Source of the DNA: Macrostomum lignano
Lineage: Eukaryota
Length of the DNA: 64,000 nucleotides
Direction of reading: 5' to 3'
NCBI GenBank assembly: GCA_002269645.1
Contig: NIVC01000275.1
Location: 248,001 to 312,000, forward strand
In this document: positions 13,700-47,165 of the stretch, piece by piece
Numbering within the stretch: the first letter of the stretch is position 1
Layout: each line of letters opens with the position of its first letter
Translations under genes and position numbers: made by a program
The notes under the pieces: model-generated
Database searches by the model: none
What the model was told of the DNA's origin: nothing
Seen by the model: only the letters and a program-made list of their open reading frames with translations

Positions 13700-14704
13700 G
13701 TGTCCTTGAGCTGACCGAAATCAGAGAGTCAGTCGAGAATCTAGGATGTCCTTGAGCTGACCGGATCTAGAGAGTCAGTCGAGGGTCTAGGATGTCCTTG
13801 AGCTGACCGGATCCAGAGAGTCAGTCGAGGGTCTAGGATGTCCTTGAGCTGACCGGATCCAGAGAGTCAGTCGAGGGTCTAGGATGTCCTTGAGCTGACC
13901 GGATCCAGAGAGTCAGTCGAGGGTCTAGGATGTCCTTGAGCTGACCGGATCCAGAGAGTCAGTCGAGGGTCTAGGATGTCCTTGAGCTGACCGGATCCAG
14001 AGAGTCAGTCGAGGGTCTAGGATGTCCTTGAGCTGACCGGATCCAGAGAGTCAGTCGAGGGTCTAGGATGTCCTTGAGCTGACCGGATCCAGAGAGTCAG
14101 TCGAGGGTCTAGGATGTCCTTGAGCTGACCGGATCCAGAGAGTCAGTCGAGGGTCTAGGATGTCCTTGAGCTGACCGGATCCAGAGAGTCAGTCGAGGGT
14201 CTAGGATGTCCTTGAGCTGACCGGATCCAGAGAGTCAGTCGAGGGTCTAGGATGTCCTTGAGCTGACCGGATCCAGAGAGTCAGTCGAGGGTCTAGGATG
14301 TCCTTGAGCTGACCGGATCCAGAGAGTCAGTCGAGGGTCTAGGATGTCCTTGAGCTGACCGGATCCAGAGAGTCAGTCGAGGGTCTAGGATGTCCTTGAG
14401 CTGACCGGATCCAGAGAGTCAGTCGAGGGTCTAGGATGTCCTTGAGCTGACCGGATCCAGAGAGTCAGTCGAGGGTCTAGGATGTCCTTGAGCTGACCGG
14501 ATCCAGAGAGTCAGTCGAGGGTCTAGGATGTCCTTGAGCTGACCGGATCCAGAGAGTCAGTCGAGGGTCTAGGATGTCCTTGAGCTGACCGGATCCAGAG
14601 AGTCAGTCGTGGGTCTAGGATGTCCTTGAGCTGACCGGATCCAGAGAGTCAGTCGAGGGTCTAGGATGTCCTTGAGCTGACCGGATCCAGAGAGTCAGTC
14701 GAGA
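13700..14704. repeat. 46-bp highly homogeneous array GTCCTTGAGCTGACCGGATCCAGAGAGTCAGTCGAGGGTCTAGGAT
   Basis: Unit starts at 13801 and 13847; about 22 near-identical copies. Confidence 0.97.
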
Positions 14705-15177
14705 ATCCTTTCAAAGCCTCATTGTCAGTCACGTCCCTTTCTCATGCATTGGACGATGAGCCTGCGCGAGAACTACAGTTAATTTTCCATGAACACTTGA
14801 GCAGAACCCCCCGCGGTTTTGAGCTCAAATCCCATTTCTCAATCCTCGACTTCAATCCTAGCTGAAGTCTGTTTGAGTCAAGGGTGGCTGGACGGGGATT
14901 CGGGAGCGCGGCCTCTCATCCTCCCCACCCCACCGCTAATCCGCTGGGAAAGCGCCGCCGCGCAGGAGGGGCGGCGAAATCTGAGAGATGAGGAATGGAG
15001 CAGGAAGCTGAACAAATCATTCATCCTGGGAGCCCCCCCGGCCCGGGGCCACGGCGAATGATTTCTGCTTCTACTTGCTGCCAGCTGCTTCAACTCTGCT
15101 GTTCGAAAGCTGCAATACACTTTTGATTGTGAAATTATAACAAAAATATATGAAATATTTGACCTTGTCTCGAATCT

Positions 15178-15600
15178 TATTCTCAAAGTCTCAAATCTCA
15201 TTCTCAAAGTCTCAAATCTCATTCTCAAAGTCTCAAATCTCATTCTCAAAGTCTCGAATCTCATTCACAAAGTCTCAAATCTCATTTTCAAAGTCTCAAA
15301 TCTCATTTTCAAAGTCTCAAATCTCATTCTCAAAGTCTCAAATCTCATTTTCAAAGTCTCAAATCTCATTCTCAAAGTCTCAAATCTCATTCTCAAAGTC
15401 TCAAATCTCATTCTCAAAGTCTCAAATCTCATTCTCAAAGTCTCAAATCTCATTCTCAAAGTCTCAAATCTCATTCTCAAAGTCTCAAATCTCATTCTCA
15501 AAGTCTCAAATCTCATTCTCAAAGTCTCAAATCTCTTTTTTAGTCTAAAATCTCATTATTAGTTTCACATCTCCTTCTTAGCCTTAAATCTCATTCTCAA
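15178..15600. repeat. 21-bp array TTCTCAAAGTCTCAAATCTCA
   Basis: The period is directly visible; the array lies just downstream of the ACE stop codon. Confidence 0.95.
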
Positions 15601-15737
15601 ACTCTTTAAGTCAAAGAATGTTCAGCCCAATCAGCATAAAATGAGTCAGTTTTATTGTCTCTCGTGATCGATATAACAAATCAGATTGGAAGTAGAAGTT
15701 TTTCGTCAAACGAGACCGCGGTAGCTAAGCAGGAAGG

Positions 15738-37304
<21,567 letters not shown>

Positions 37305-38118
37305 TGGGATTGATTGATAGAGTTCAGGTAGCGGTGCTGCTCAGGCGGAGCTCAACACAGCCGCTCGATGCACACGGAGAAGCTTAATAAATATGCCTAC
37401 CGAATCGCCACAGCTACACCTTATCTACTTGCCCCGTTTCTCTCGCATGCGTCTTTGGTTGGCAAACTGCGCGCATAGCTAACAATCTGGTTGCCATTGG
37501 CTACCGGTGTAAACAGGTGCAATAAACAAGCCTCAAGTAGCGCGGCTTCCACGCGCAATTCTTATCAAAAATTACGCGACATATTTTGGATTGAAATCTG
37601 TCGCTGCTTGTGACCAACTGCGCCGCATGGAGAGCGAACTCGAAGTGGTGTCTGATAAGATGCTCTAGCTTTAGGCTACTGCATGCTCGACAGCCGCGCG
37701 TGGCATTGAGAGCAATTTAAAATGTTCGTCATGGACACTTTTGTGGGCGTTATCTATCAGAGAATCCGCTGCAGATGGACTGGGTTCACTGCTAATGGGA
37801 GAATGGGGCAACGATCTAGCGTACGAATTTTCAAGTCTTTTCTAGCCAAGCTTGACGAGACACTTTATTTTTTCTCGATGTCAACTGAATTCAATAGCTG
37901 TTCGACAATACGTCCCATTGCGGCCTGCACTTAAACAGGCCTGTCACAATAGTTAGACAATCCGATGAGGTACCAGCTTTATTGCAGAATCTACCGGCAA
38001 AAAATGTAAGTTTTTATTCTAAAATGTTTGCGTAAATTATCAAGGACCTCTGCGATATAGTTCCATAGATAGAGCCAAGTTTCCGGTCCCACTTAAGTCT
38101 CACATTGTCTGTCTCTCA

Positions 38119-40036
38119 TTAATCACTGCGGACCGAACGGCCCTCCGTAGACAGGAACTTCTCCATTGCGTACTTGCACAGCGCCAGACACACCGAGGCG
38201 CTGGGCGGTTCGATCACAGCCACCACTGGGCCATCGAACAACTCGCCGTCAGCGTCATGGAACAGACTTGCAGCTTCAACCACAGCTGCCTTGGACAAGG
38301 CTGGGAGATCGGCGACGGCAGACCGCTGCTCCGAATCCGCCAGGAAGACCATCCAGCAGCGAGGATGGTCGGAGCCCGGAGCCGACAGGGCTTGACGAAT
38401 GGCTTCAATACCCCGGCAGACGGCGACATCCGCACTGGCTAGGTTGTCGCTGAGCTCGACGCTTAACTGTCCTTCGCTGTTGTGGACGACGTAGCCGCCA
38501 AAAGAGGCCACTCGGAATGGCGAAGTCTTCGCGAATCGGCGCATGAGGCCGTCAAGACAGGCAGCCTCGAACTGCCGCAGCAGCGGCGGCAGCGGGGCCA
38601 CCGTCAGGACGCGACCGCTGTCGCAGTCGCACAGGACGACAACGCCGTCGATTTGGTGACCCGATTCGAGATTGACGGTTTGCGTTACCGAGCCGGCTAG
38701 GCCGTCCTCACGGCGCACCATCTGGGCGGGCAGCTGCACCGCGCAGGCCTGGATGGTGGCGGACAAAAGTCGCTGAACAGACGGCATGGCGACATCGCCG
38801 GACATCACCGGACAGCAGGCAGACAGCAGCACGGCGCGTAGCTCCTCGGCTCTGGGCAGCCGCTGCAGCAGCGCCTCGTCGAGGAACAGAGGACCAGACT
38901 GCGGGGCAGTCGGGTGCGGCGCTGAGGGATTATGTGATGAGGAACTGAGGGATTCTGTGATGATGAGCTGAGGGATTCTGTGATGATGAGCTGAGAATTT
39001 TGTGATGAGGAACTGAGGGATTCTGTGATGAGGAACTGAGGGATTCTGTGATGAGGAACTGAGGGATTCTGTGATGAGGAACTGAGGGATTCTGTGATGA
39101 GGAACTGAGGGATTCTGTGATGAGTAACTGAGGGATTCTGTAATGAGTAACTGAGGGATTCTGTAATGAGGAACTGAGGGATTCTGTAATGAGGAACTGA
39201 GGGATTCTGTGATGAGGAACTGAGGGATTCTGTGATGAGGAACTGAGGGATTCTGTGATGAGGAACTGAGGGATTCTGTGATGAGGAACTGAGGCATTCT
39301 GTGATGAGGAACTGAGGGATTCTGTGATGAGTAACTGAGGGATTCTGTGATGAGGAACTGAGGGATTCTGTAATGAGGAACTGAGGGATTCTGTAATGAG
39401 GAACTGAGGGATTCTGTGATGAGAAACTGAGGGATTCTGTGATGAGGAACTGAGGGATTCTGTGATGAGTAACTGAGGGATTCTGTGATGAGGAACTGAG
39501 GGATTCTGTAATGAGGAACTGAGGGATTCTGTAATGAGGAACTGAGGGATTCTGTGATGAGAAACTGAGGGATTCTGTGATGAGGAACTTAGGGATTCTG
39601 TGATGAGGAACTGAGGGATTCTGTGATGAGGAACTGAGGCATTCTGTGATGAGGAACTGAGGGATTCTGTAATGAGGAACTGAGGGATTCTGTGATGAGG
39701 AACTGAGGGATTCTGTGATGAGGAACTGAGGGATTCTGTGATGAGGAACTGAGGGATTCTGTGATGAGGAACTGAGGGATTCTGTGATGAGGAACTGAGG
39801 AATTCTGTGATGAGGAACTGAGGGATTCTGTGATGAGGAACTGAGGGATTCTGTGATGAGGTGACATAAAATGTGATGAGGAACTGAGGGATTCTGTGAT
39901 GAGGAATTGAGGGATTCCGTGACGGGACACCGAGACAGCCAAGGCTTTTATGAAATTCCCATCTTAAAAGTTCCAGTGCATGACTGCTTACTGCAAGTAG
40001 TATACAGTAGTAGCAAAGCAATTTTTCGATAGTCAT
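38119..40036 (-). CDS. Unknown ~274-aa protein, possible vWA-like alpha/beta fold; exons 40036-39992 (tentative) and 38898-38119
   Basis: A 780-nt GC-rich open exon follows the acceptor CCCCGCAG. The upstream ATG exon MTIEKLLCYYCILLA ends at a phase-0 GTAAGC donor. The large exon is well supported; the first exon is tentative. Confidence 0.6.
38925..39915. repeat. 23-bp array GAGGAACTGAGGGATTCTGTGAT (intron of the unknown gene)
   Basis: The period is directly visible. Confidence 0.96.
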
Positions 40037-40443
40037 TCAGTCAACAAATAATTATCTGAAAATTGATAATCAAAAGTTCGTAATGAATCAATCAATGAAT
40101 TTAAAAAAATCAGTATATTTTGATAATATAAAAATACCAAAGCGGAAGATATTCAATGATAAACGCAGTGAATCAAAGACAACTCCAAACTCAAAGATCA
40201 ACTCTAGAAAAAAGGAAGCTAATGGATATAAAAATTGCACAACTCCTTTGGCATATTGGCTAGACTTTTCGCGATAAAACTACCATGATAAATATATAAT
40301 GAACGAATAAAATTGAAATTTAAAACATGAATAAATTCGATTCATGCTAATGCCGTTAGAGCACTGTAATTTGACTTGTTTAAAAAATTGTTGTTTAGCT
40401 TAATGGAAGCTGTCAGAATCTGGTCAAACGATTGCAATTTTCA

Positions 40444-42766
40444 TTAATCCTTCCATAGCAGCTCAAACCCGCTGCTCACATCCGGCGGGTTCATCCAGTT
40501 TTCAGATGACCAGCTGGTGCCAGGGGGCAGGTCGATCACGTGCCAGGTGTAACTGTCCCTGGACTTCTGGCTGCGGTTCTCCTTGCTCATATGCAGCACG
40601 AAGCCGTCAATCAGCACCAGGGAGCCGCGCTTCACCTGCGAGTTTGGCACAAATACTGCGGATGTAGGGCGGTACAAAGACTGAGGATGTAGGGGCGGCA
40701 CAAAGACTGGGGATGTAGTGGGGGAACAAAGACCGAGGTTCTACGAAGTGCACCACAAAGGCGACACAAAGACTGAGGATATAGGGGCGGTACAAAGACT
40801 CAGGATGTAGGGCGGCACAAAGACTGAGGATGTGGTGGCGGAACAAAGACCGAGGTTCTCTGAATTGCACCACAAAGGCGCCACAAAGACTCAGGATGAG
40901 AGGGCATTACAATGACTGAGGATGTAGTGGCGGAACAAAGACCGAGGTTCTATGAAGTGCACCACAAAGGCGACACAAAGACTATTGACATTACCAGGTG
41001 CCGCAAGACCCTCACCTCGCAAGGCACGTATCTCTCGATGGGCACGATCTCGTTGGGATCTCTGCCAACGAAAGTCATGCTAACCCGGCCGTCCTGGCCG
41101 ATCTCCCGCTTGAACCGGCGTCCGTCCACCAGTCCGGAGCGGTGCGAGCCGGGCACGAACCACAGGCAGCCGTTCTCCTGCGTGGTGTCCTCCAGCGGGA
41201 TCCAGTAGCCAATCAGGTGCGGCTCCGTCGGCTCCGTCCACAGGAAGGTGGCGTCCTGATGCGAGTCGACGCAACCGCCGATGCGCGGCTGCTTGAAGAT
41301 GTACATGCTCTGGCAGATGCGGGGCACCTGCGGAGAGTCGGGACAGACAACAATATGTCTGAAGAAGCTTTGAGAAGGCAAGAAAAAAGCTGGCATCAAT
41401 AGAGAAGGACAAACAGAAGCTAGCAAAGCAGAAGCCGGACTATGCATTCCGAAACAACACGGCTCAGGGAAAGTCTTATGGCTGGCAGTGGTTTTCGACT
41501 GAGGAACACAGTCAGTATTCTCGCTCAATCGCAAATCATCCAGTGCCGTCACGTAGGCAACCGTTTCGTCAAATGACGACAATCGTCCTGATGTTTATCA
41601 GTAGACATGGTCAAATTATTCAAGATCTGCAATCTGCAACAAGAAGATTCCGCAAATTTCGCTTATTCCGACGTTTACTAGTTTACTAAGATGTCTCGAG
41701 TACGCGCAAGATCAGCGTGAGAGTTTCAGGGTTCGAATGCGCGGCAAGATGACAATAACTTGGATTTCTGGTCTGACGCTTTAACATGACCAGGTTGAAC
41801 ATGGCTACCTCGCCAGGCACTGCTTCCTCCGAGGCGACCTCGAGAGTGAACTTTGCCCTTTTTGCGAGTACGACAATGAAGACGCTCAGCACTTTGTTTG
41901 TCACTGCCCTTTCTTTACCAGAAACCGGCTAAAGCTACGAGCTACCTCGGGCCAAACCCGTCCATTGAAGAGTTCTGCCAGCCCGACAGCATCCCACGGC
42001 TCATCCAGTTCCTTCGGGCGACAAGAAGAGCCACTTTCTTCCCCACGGAAGATCCCGCTGCAGAACGGACCGGCGGACCACCCTGACCGGCCCCACGCAT
42101 CTGCCTGTCTGCGGGCCTTCAGGGGCTAGCGGAATGGGCGATCCTCGCCTCCCCGCTGTGTCTACGGACCACCCTGCAGCTAAGTCAAGTAAGTCAACAC
42201 GCCTGATGATGAAAATGCCCGTCAAGATTTACACCCTGTGTGCGTGCCTCGTGCATGTTTAGGGGTCAGCGGGATGGGCATAATTACTGACCAGCCTCTT
42301 CTTTGGCTGCTTGCCAACTGTCCGAAAAAAGCACAAAACACAGAGTATTCACAGGACTCACCTGGAATCCCAGATCCCTACTAATAGCCTGAGCCCTGGG
42401 ATCAAAGGTGACGCGCCGGAAGCCGGGACACTCCACATGCAGGTAGTGGCCCAGCTTGTTGATGCACTGGTTGCGAGGAGCCGTCAGCTCGCCCTTGTCG
42501 TTGAAGGCGTCCTTCTCAAAGAAGAAGGCCACCTTGTTCCAGCTGTCGAAGAAGTACTGCTGGGAGCGGTAGCTCTGCTCGGCCTCGTTGTCGCGGTTCT
42601 TGGCGTCAAAGATGGTCCGGTGCTCGTCCAGGTTGAACGTGGCAGTCAGCTGGTGGCACTCTTTACGGAGCTCCTCGCACTGCTCAGGACTGAGGAAGCT
42701 GTCAATCACCAGGTAGCCATTGTCAGCATAGAACTGGCGCTGCTCAGGGGTCAGGTAGCTTTGCAT
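40444..42766 (-). CDS. PHYHD1: Phytanoyl-CoA dioxygenase domain-containing protein 1, copy A; exons 42766-42362, 41327-41016, 40635-40444 (302 aa)
   Basis: Motifs QSMYIFKQPRIGG.V..HQDATFLWTEP, WIPLEDTTQENGCLWFVPGSH and GSLVLIDG.VLH.S..N.S..SR. GT..AG introns are phase 0. Confidence 0.93.
41700..42197 (+). mobile_element. 5'-truncated non-LTR retrotransposon 3' end (R1/LOA/I-like ORF2 C-terminal Cys/His motif) in PHYHD1-A intron 1
   Basis: Frameshifted translation gives HGYLARH...CPFCEYDNEDAQHFVCHCPFFTRNR..YLG...LIQFLRAT. It ends in a short AAGT/AAGTC repeat tail and is absent from copy B intron 1. Confidence 0.65.
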
Positions 42767-43269
42767 TGCGCGCTGGAAAGAACACGAATTTATGTGCCTC
42801 TTCCAACTTTATACAGACAGAAAATCTGTACACCTGTTTAAAATTGAGTGTCACTGTTACCTTGACGGGCATGGTGGGATCAGGTCCGGCCCGCTACGTG
42901 ACTGTTAGGTAAGAACAGTGACCTCTGTGTGACTGTACAATGTGACCCTCGATATGACCCTAAAAATCTAAACTGTACTGTGACCGTTGTGACGTGTGAC
43001 AAGTGAAAGTGACCTCCCCAAAGTGAGCGTCCTGTGCAAATCTGGGCTGTGTCGGCGAAAACTAAAAACAGATTTGTACTCGTAGCAAGTGTTGCTTTAT
43101 ATTTTATCGTGGCACGCCTATCCAACATCAACTCAGGCGGCTGAATCACTGTCTCTCGATGCCTCATTCTGTGCGTCTTTAGACGGGCCTTTCTATGGAT
43201 CTTCCGACAAAACCTCCGGAGGGTCATCTAACGGATATTACAGGCGTACGTCGGATCGTTCTGCGCATG

Positions 43270-43655
43270 ATTCGGCAGTTAATTCAAGTACACGATCCGA
43301 AGGTCATTCAGTGCGCGATCCGGGAGTTAATTCAAGTACACGATCCGAAGGTCATTCAGTGCGCGATCCGGGAGTTAATTCAAGTACACGATCCGAAGGT
43401 CATTCAGTGCATGATCCGGCAGTTAATTCAAGTACACGATCCGAAGGTCATTCAGTGCGCGATCCGGGAGTTAATTCAAGTACACGATCCGAAGGTCATT
43501 CAGTGCATGATCCGGCAGTTAATTCAAGTACACGATCCGAAGGTCATTCAGTGCATGATCCGGCAGTTAATTCAAGTACACGATCCGAAGGTCATTCAGT
43601 GCATGATCCGGCAGTTAATTCAAGTACACGATCCGAAGTTCATTCAGTGCGCGAT
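43270..43655. repeat. 48-bp array GTTAATTCAAGTACACGATCCGAAGGTCATTCAGTGCATGATCCGGCA
   Basis: About 8 visible units. Confidence 0.95.
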
Positions 43656-44179
43656 CCGACAGGTCGTTTAGAAGCCACTTCAGACTGCGTCAATCTTTGA
43701 ATGAAAAACTCAGAACATATTGCTGCTACAAGAAACTTGAAATTTTAAGTGTCCTGGGTGGAAGAGCGGTCACGTGACAGCTGGGTTTGTGGGACATACG
43801 GATGACTTGAATTTTGGCATTCAAATCTGTTAAAAACAAGAATTTATAAATAGTAATTCATAAAGTTGGAGCAGAAAAAAGTCAAAATTTTAATGTCAGT
43901 TTTATTTTGTTAAAATGAGATTCAGAACAAGTCAAAAAATTCATCAACAGAAAAAAATTGTTACTTCAAACATTTTCAGGATAAAAAGCTACCGGGGTCC
44001 TTCAATAAAAAAAGAATAAAATTTACCTGTTAATGTGATCATTTCTTACAAGGAGCATACAAAATAATGTCATAGATTTCTTATACCGGAAACAGACATT
44101 TTTTCAATAAAAATTTGGTTACGGAAATTTCAGTGCTTTGGCTGCTGAAGTAAAGTGACACAAGCTTCAGTGTCTATGG

Positions 44180-45406
44180 TCATTCCTTCCATAGCAGCTC
44201 AAACCCGCTGCTCACATCCGGCGGGTTCATCCAGTTCTCGGCTGACCAGCTGGTGCCGGGGGGCAGGTCGATCACGTGCCAGGTGTAGCAGTCTCTTGAC
44301 TTCTGGCTGCGGTTCTCGTTGCTTCTGTGCAGCACGAAGCCGTCAATCAGCACCAGGGAGCCGCGCTTCACCTGCGAGTTTTGCACAAAGACTGAGGATG
44401 TAGGGCGGTACAAAGACTGGGGATGTAGGAGCGGTACAAAGACTGGGGATAAAGGGGCGGCACAAAGAGTGAGGATGTAGTGGCGGAACAAAGACCGAGG
44501 TTCTATGAAGTGCACCACAAAGGCGACACAAAGACTAGTGACATTACCAGGTGCCGCAAGAGCCTCACCTCGCAAGGCACGTATCTCTCAATGGGCACGA
44601 TCTCGTTGGGATCTCTGCCAACGAAAGTCATGCTAACCCGGCCGTCCTGGCCGATCTCCCGCTTGAACCGGCGTCCGTCCACCAGTCCGGAGCGGTGCGA
44701 GCCGGGCACGAACCACAGGCAGCCGTTCTCCTGCGTGGTGTCCTCCAGCGGGATCCAGTAGCCAATCAGGTGCGGCTCCGTCGGCTCCGTCCACAGGAAG
44801 GTGGCGTCCTGATGCGAGTCGACACAACCGCCGATGCGCGGCTGCTTGAAGATGTACATGCTCTGGCAGATGCGGGGCACCTGGGGAGAGTCGGGACAGA
44901 CAACAATATGTCTGAAGAAGCTTTGAGAAGGCAAGGGTCAGGAACAGCGTATAATGGAAGCACGTGGAATCCAGATCCTCGCTAATAGCTAATTTACTCA
45001 CCTGGAATCCCAGATCCCTACTAATAGCCTGAGCCCTGGGATCAAAGGTGACGCGCCGGAAGCCGGGACACTCCACATGCAGGTAGTGGCCCAGCTTGTT
45101 GATGCACTGGTTGCGAGGAGCCGTCAGCTCGCCCTTGTCGTTGAAGGCGTCCTTCTCAAAAAAGAAGGCCACCTTGTTCCAGCTGTCGAAGAAGTACTGC
45201 TGGGAGCGGTAGCTCTGCTCGGCCTCGTTGTCACGGTTCTTGGCGTCAAAGATGGTCCGGTGCTCGTCCAGGTTGAACGTGGCAGTCAGCTGGTGGCACT
45301 CTTTACGGAGCTCTTCGCACTGCTCAGGACTGAGGAAGCTGTCAATCACCAGGTAGCCATTGTCAGCATAGAACTGGCGCTGCTCAGGGGTCAGGTAGCT
45401 TTGCAT
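44180..45406 (-). CDS. PHYHD1: Phytanoyl-CoA dioxygenase domain-containing protein 1, copy B; exons 45406-45002, 44880-44569, 44371-44180 (302 aa)
   Basis: Same motifs and exon sizes (405/312/192 nt) as copy A. Confidence 0.93.
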
Positions 45407-45900
45407 TGCGCGCTGGAAAGAACATAAATGGTACACAAGTTTATGATGGTATATTTCTAGTTCTACAAAGGTTCATAGATATAAAAGTTCTATCTATACT
45501 AGGGTTTTGTGGTATATATAGGAGTCATGGCATTCATGGTCATGAAATTTTTAAGTTCTAGAATTTATATGGAATGTCATAAATAGGCAGCAAAAAAACA
45601 TAACCATATCGGGTTCTTTGTGGCCTAACCTCTATTTTAATAAAACATCAATATTATAAAAAGTTGAGATAAGTATAATTGGCAGAGGCTCATAATTGTC
45701 AGTGATGCACTTGTAACTATAATTTATTGTACGCACATCTGCGCCCCAGCCGCCCCGTCCCACAATCATGTACGTTGCTATCGATTGCTCAGCCCCCCTT
45801 GCCCCTCTATATAATATGCTTTTTGGCACTCTTGAATAATACACGTATCTCTCGGTTGCGCGTTCATTACATGGCGTCGCAAGCTAGCTAGACTCAGAGC

Positions 45901-46833
45901 ATGGACCTGAAGCCACCCGAAGAGTTGGAGACGGACTCCAACGAGTCTTGGAAACGCTGGCGACAGAGATTTTTTATATACCTCAAGGCAACTGGAATTG
46001 TTGGCGAAGAGCGTCGAATAAATTTGTTTTTGCACCTGATCGGTGACAATGGTCTTGACATTTATAACACCCTGGAGACAGAAATAGAAGAGGAAACAGC
46101 GGAGGGTGCAACGGCAAGGCGACCAATAGCTTTTGACGAGTTGCTGGAGCTATTCGATGAGCACTTCAGTCCGCGTACGAGCGAAGTCTTCGAGCGTTTT
46201 AAGTTCTGGGAACGCGACCAGAAGGAGTCTGAGCCAGTCGACCTGTTTGTGACTGATTTGAAACGTCTGGCTGGAACGTGCAATTTCGAAACACAAAAAG
46301 AGAAAATGATTCGAGACAAGATTGTCCTGGGGTGCAACGACTCACGAATGCGAGAGCGGCTACTTCGAGAAACGGACTTGGACCTGAGAACGGCAATTGA
46401 CATGTGCAGAGCTGCAGAGTCCGCGCGACATCAGCTAAAGGAAGTCGAGAAAGGCCTAAACGTCGTAAGGTTGTCACCTGCTCCGGCAGCGCCTCGGCAG
46501 CAACAAATCCGCAACTCAGGGCGCCCAGTGTCGAGTACAGCGGCCCAGTCGACGGCGCAGGGCCAACCTGGCCAAAGTTCGAACCCGAGTCAACTTCAGG
46601 GACGCCTTCCTGGAGAAAGTCGCTGTCACAACTGCGGTTACAGTCATCGTGATGGCAAGTGTCCGGCTTTCGGTAAGCGGTGTCTGTCCTGTGGCCGTCT
46701 GAACCACTTTCGCAGTCAATGCCGAAGCAACAATAACCGGAGGGTTATGACTGTAACAGCAGCTGAAGGTGAGGATGCTAGTGCTGGTGAAGAGGTGTAT
46801 TTTATCGGAACGCTGCAGACTGATAATGGTTCC
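45901..46833 (+). CDS. gag: Gag (with CCHC zinc knuckle), truncated by a solo-LTR insertion
   Basis: W..W..RF..YL N-terminus, IRDKIVLG, CLSCGRLNHFRSQC. Confidence 0.9.
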
Positions 46834-47165
46834 TGAGGCGGCGTTTGACTTTAACTTATTTGAATGACTCGATGAACTTATGTGGATTTGAGCTGACTGA
46901 CTTATTTTGCATCGCAACTTGTTTATTATATTTTCTGTTCTTACTTATTTTATTCCTCTGCAAGTACATACTCATTTTCTCTAGTACACTCTGTCTACCT
47001 GTGTGCGCCTTGCCCACCACCCCAAATATTGTCACCTTCCACCACTCTCTCCTGATCGCTATATAATATTTTGCTATTGACTATCGCTCTTTGAAATAAA
47101 GAATTTATCTCGCCTCGTTCTAAAACTCACAGAATGAACTTTTCTTAGTCATTTGCGACACAACA
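46834..47165 (+). mobile_element. Solo LTR (332 bp) of an unrelated retrotransposon, TSD GTTCC
   Basis: TG...CA ends, internal TATATAA and AATAAA, GTTCC at 46829-46833 and 47166-47170. Removing it restores the in-frame gag-protease junction TDNGS-SWLSEV. Confidence 0.88.

Noticed and set aside
13700-14704. CRISPR-like appearance of the 46-bp repeat and other arrays
   Set aside because: The units are contiguous with no unique spacers, there are no cas genes, and the context is eukaryotic.
41400-41640. Coding-looking stretch in PHYHD1-A intron 1 (ORF 40950-41582 extension)
   Set aside because: No recognisable motif or splice sites; it is probably part of an inserted element and is not needed for the PHYHD1 frame.
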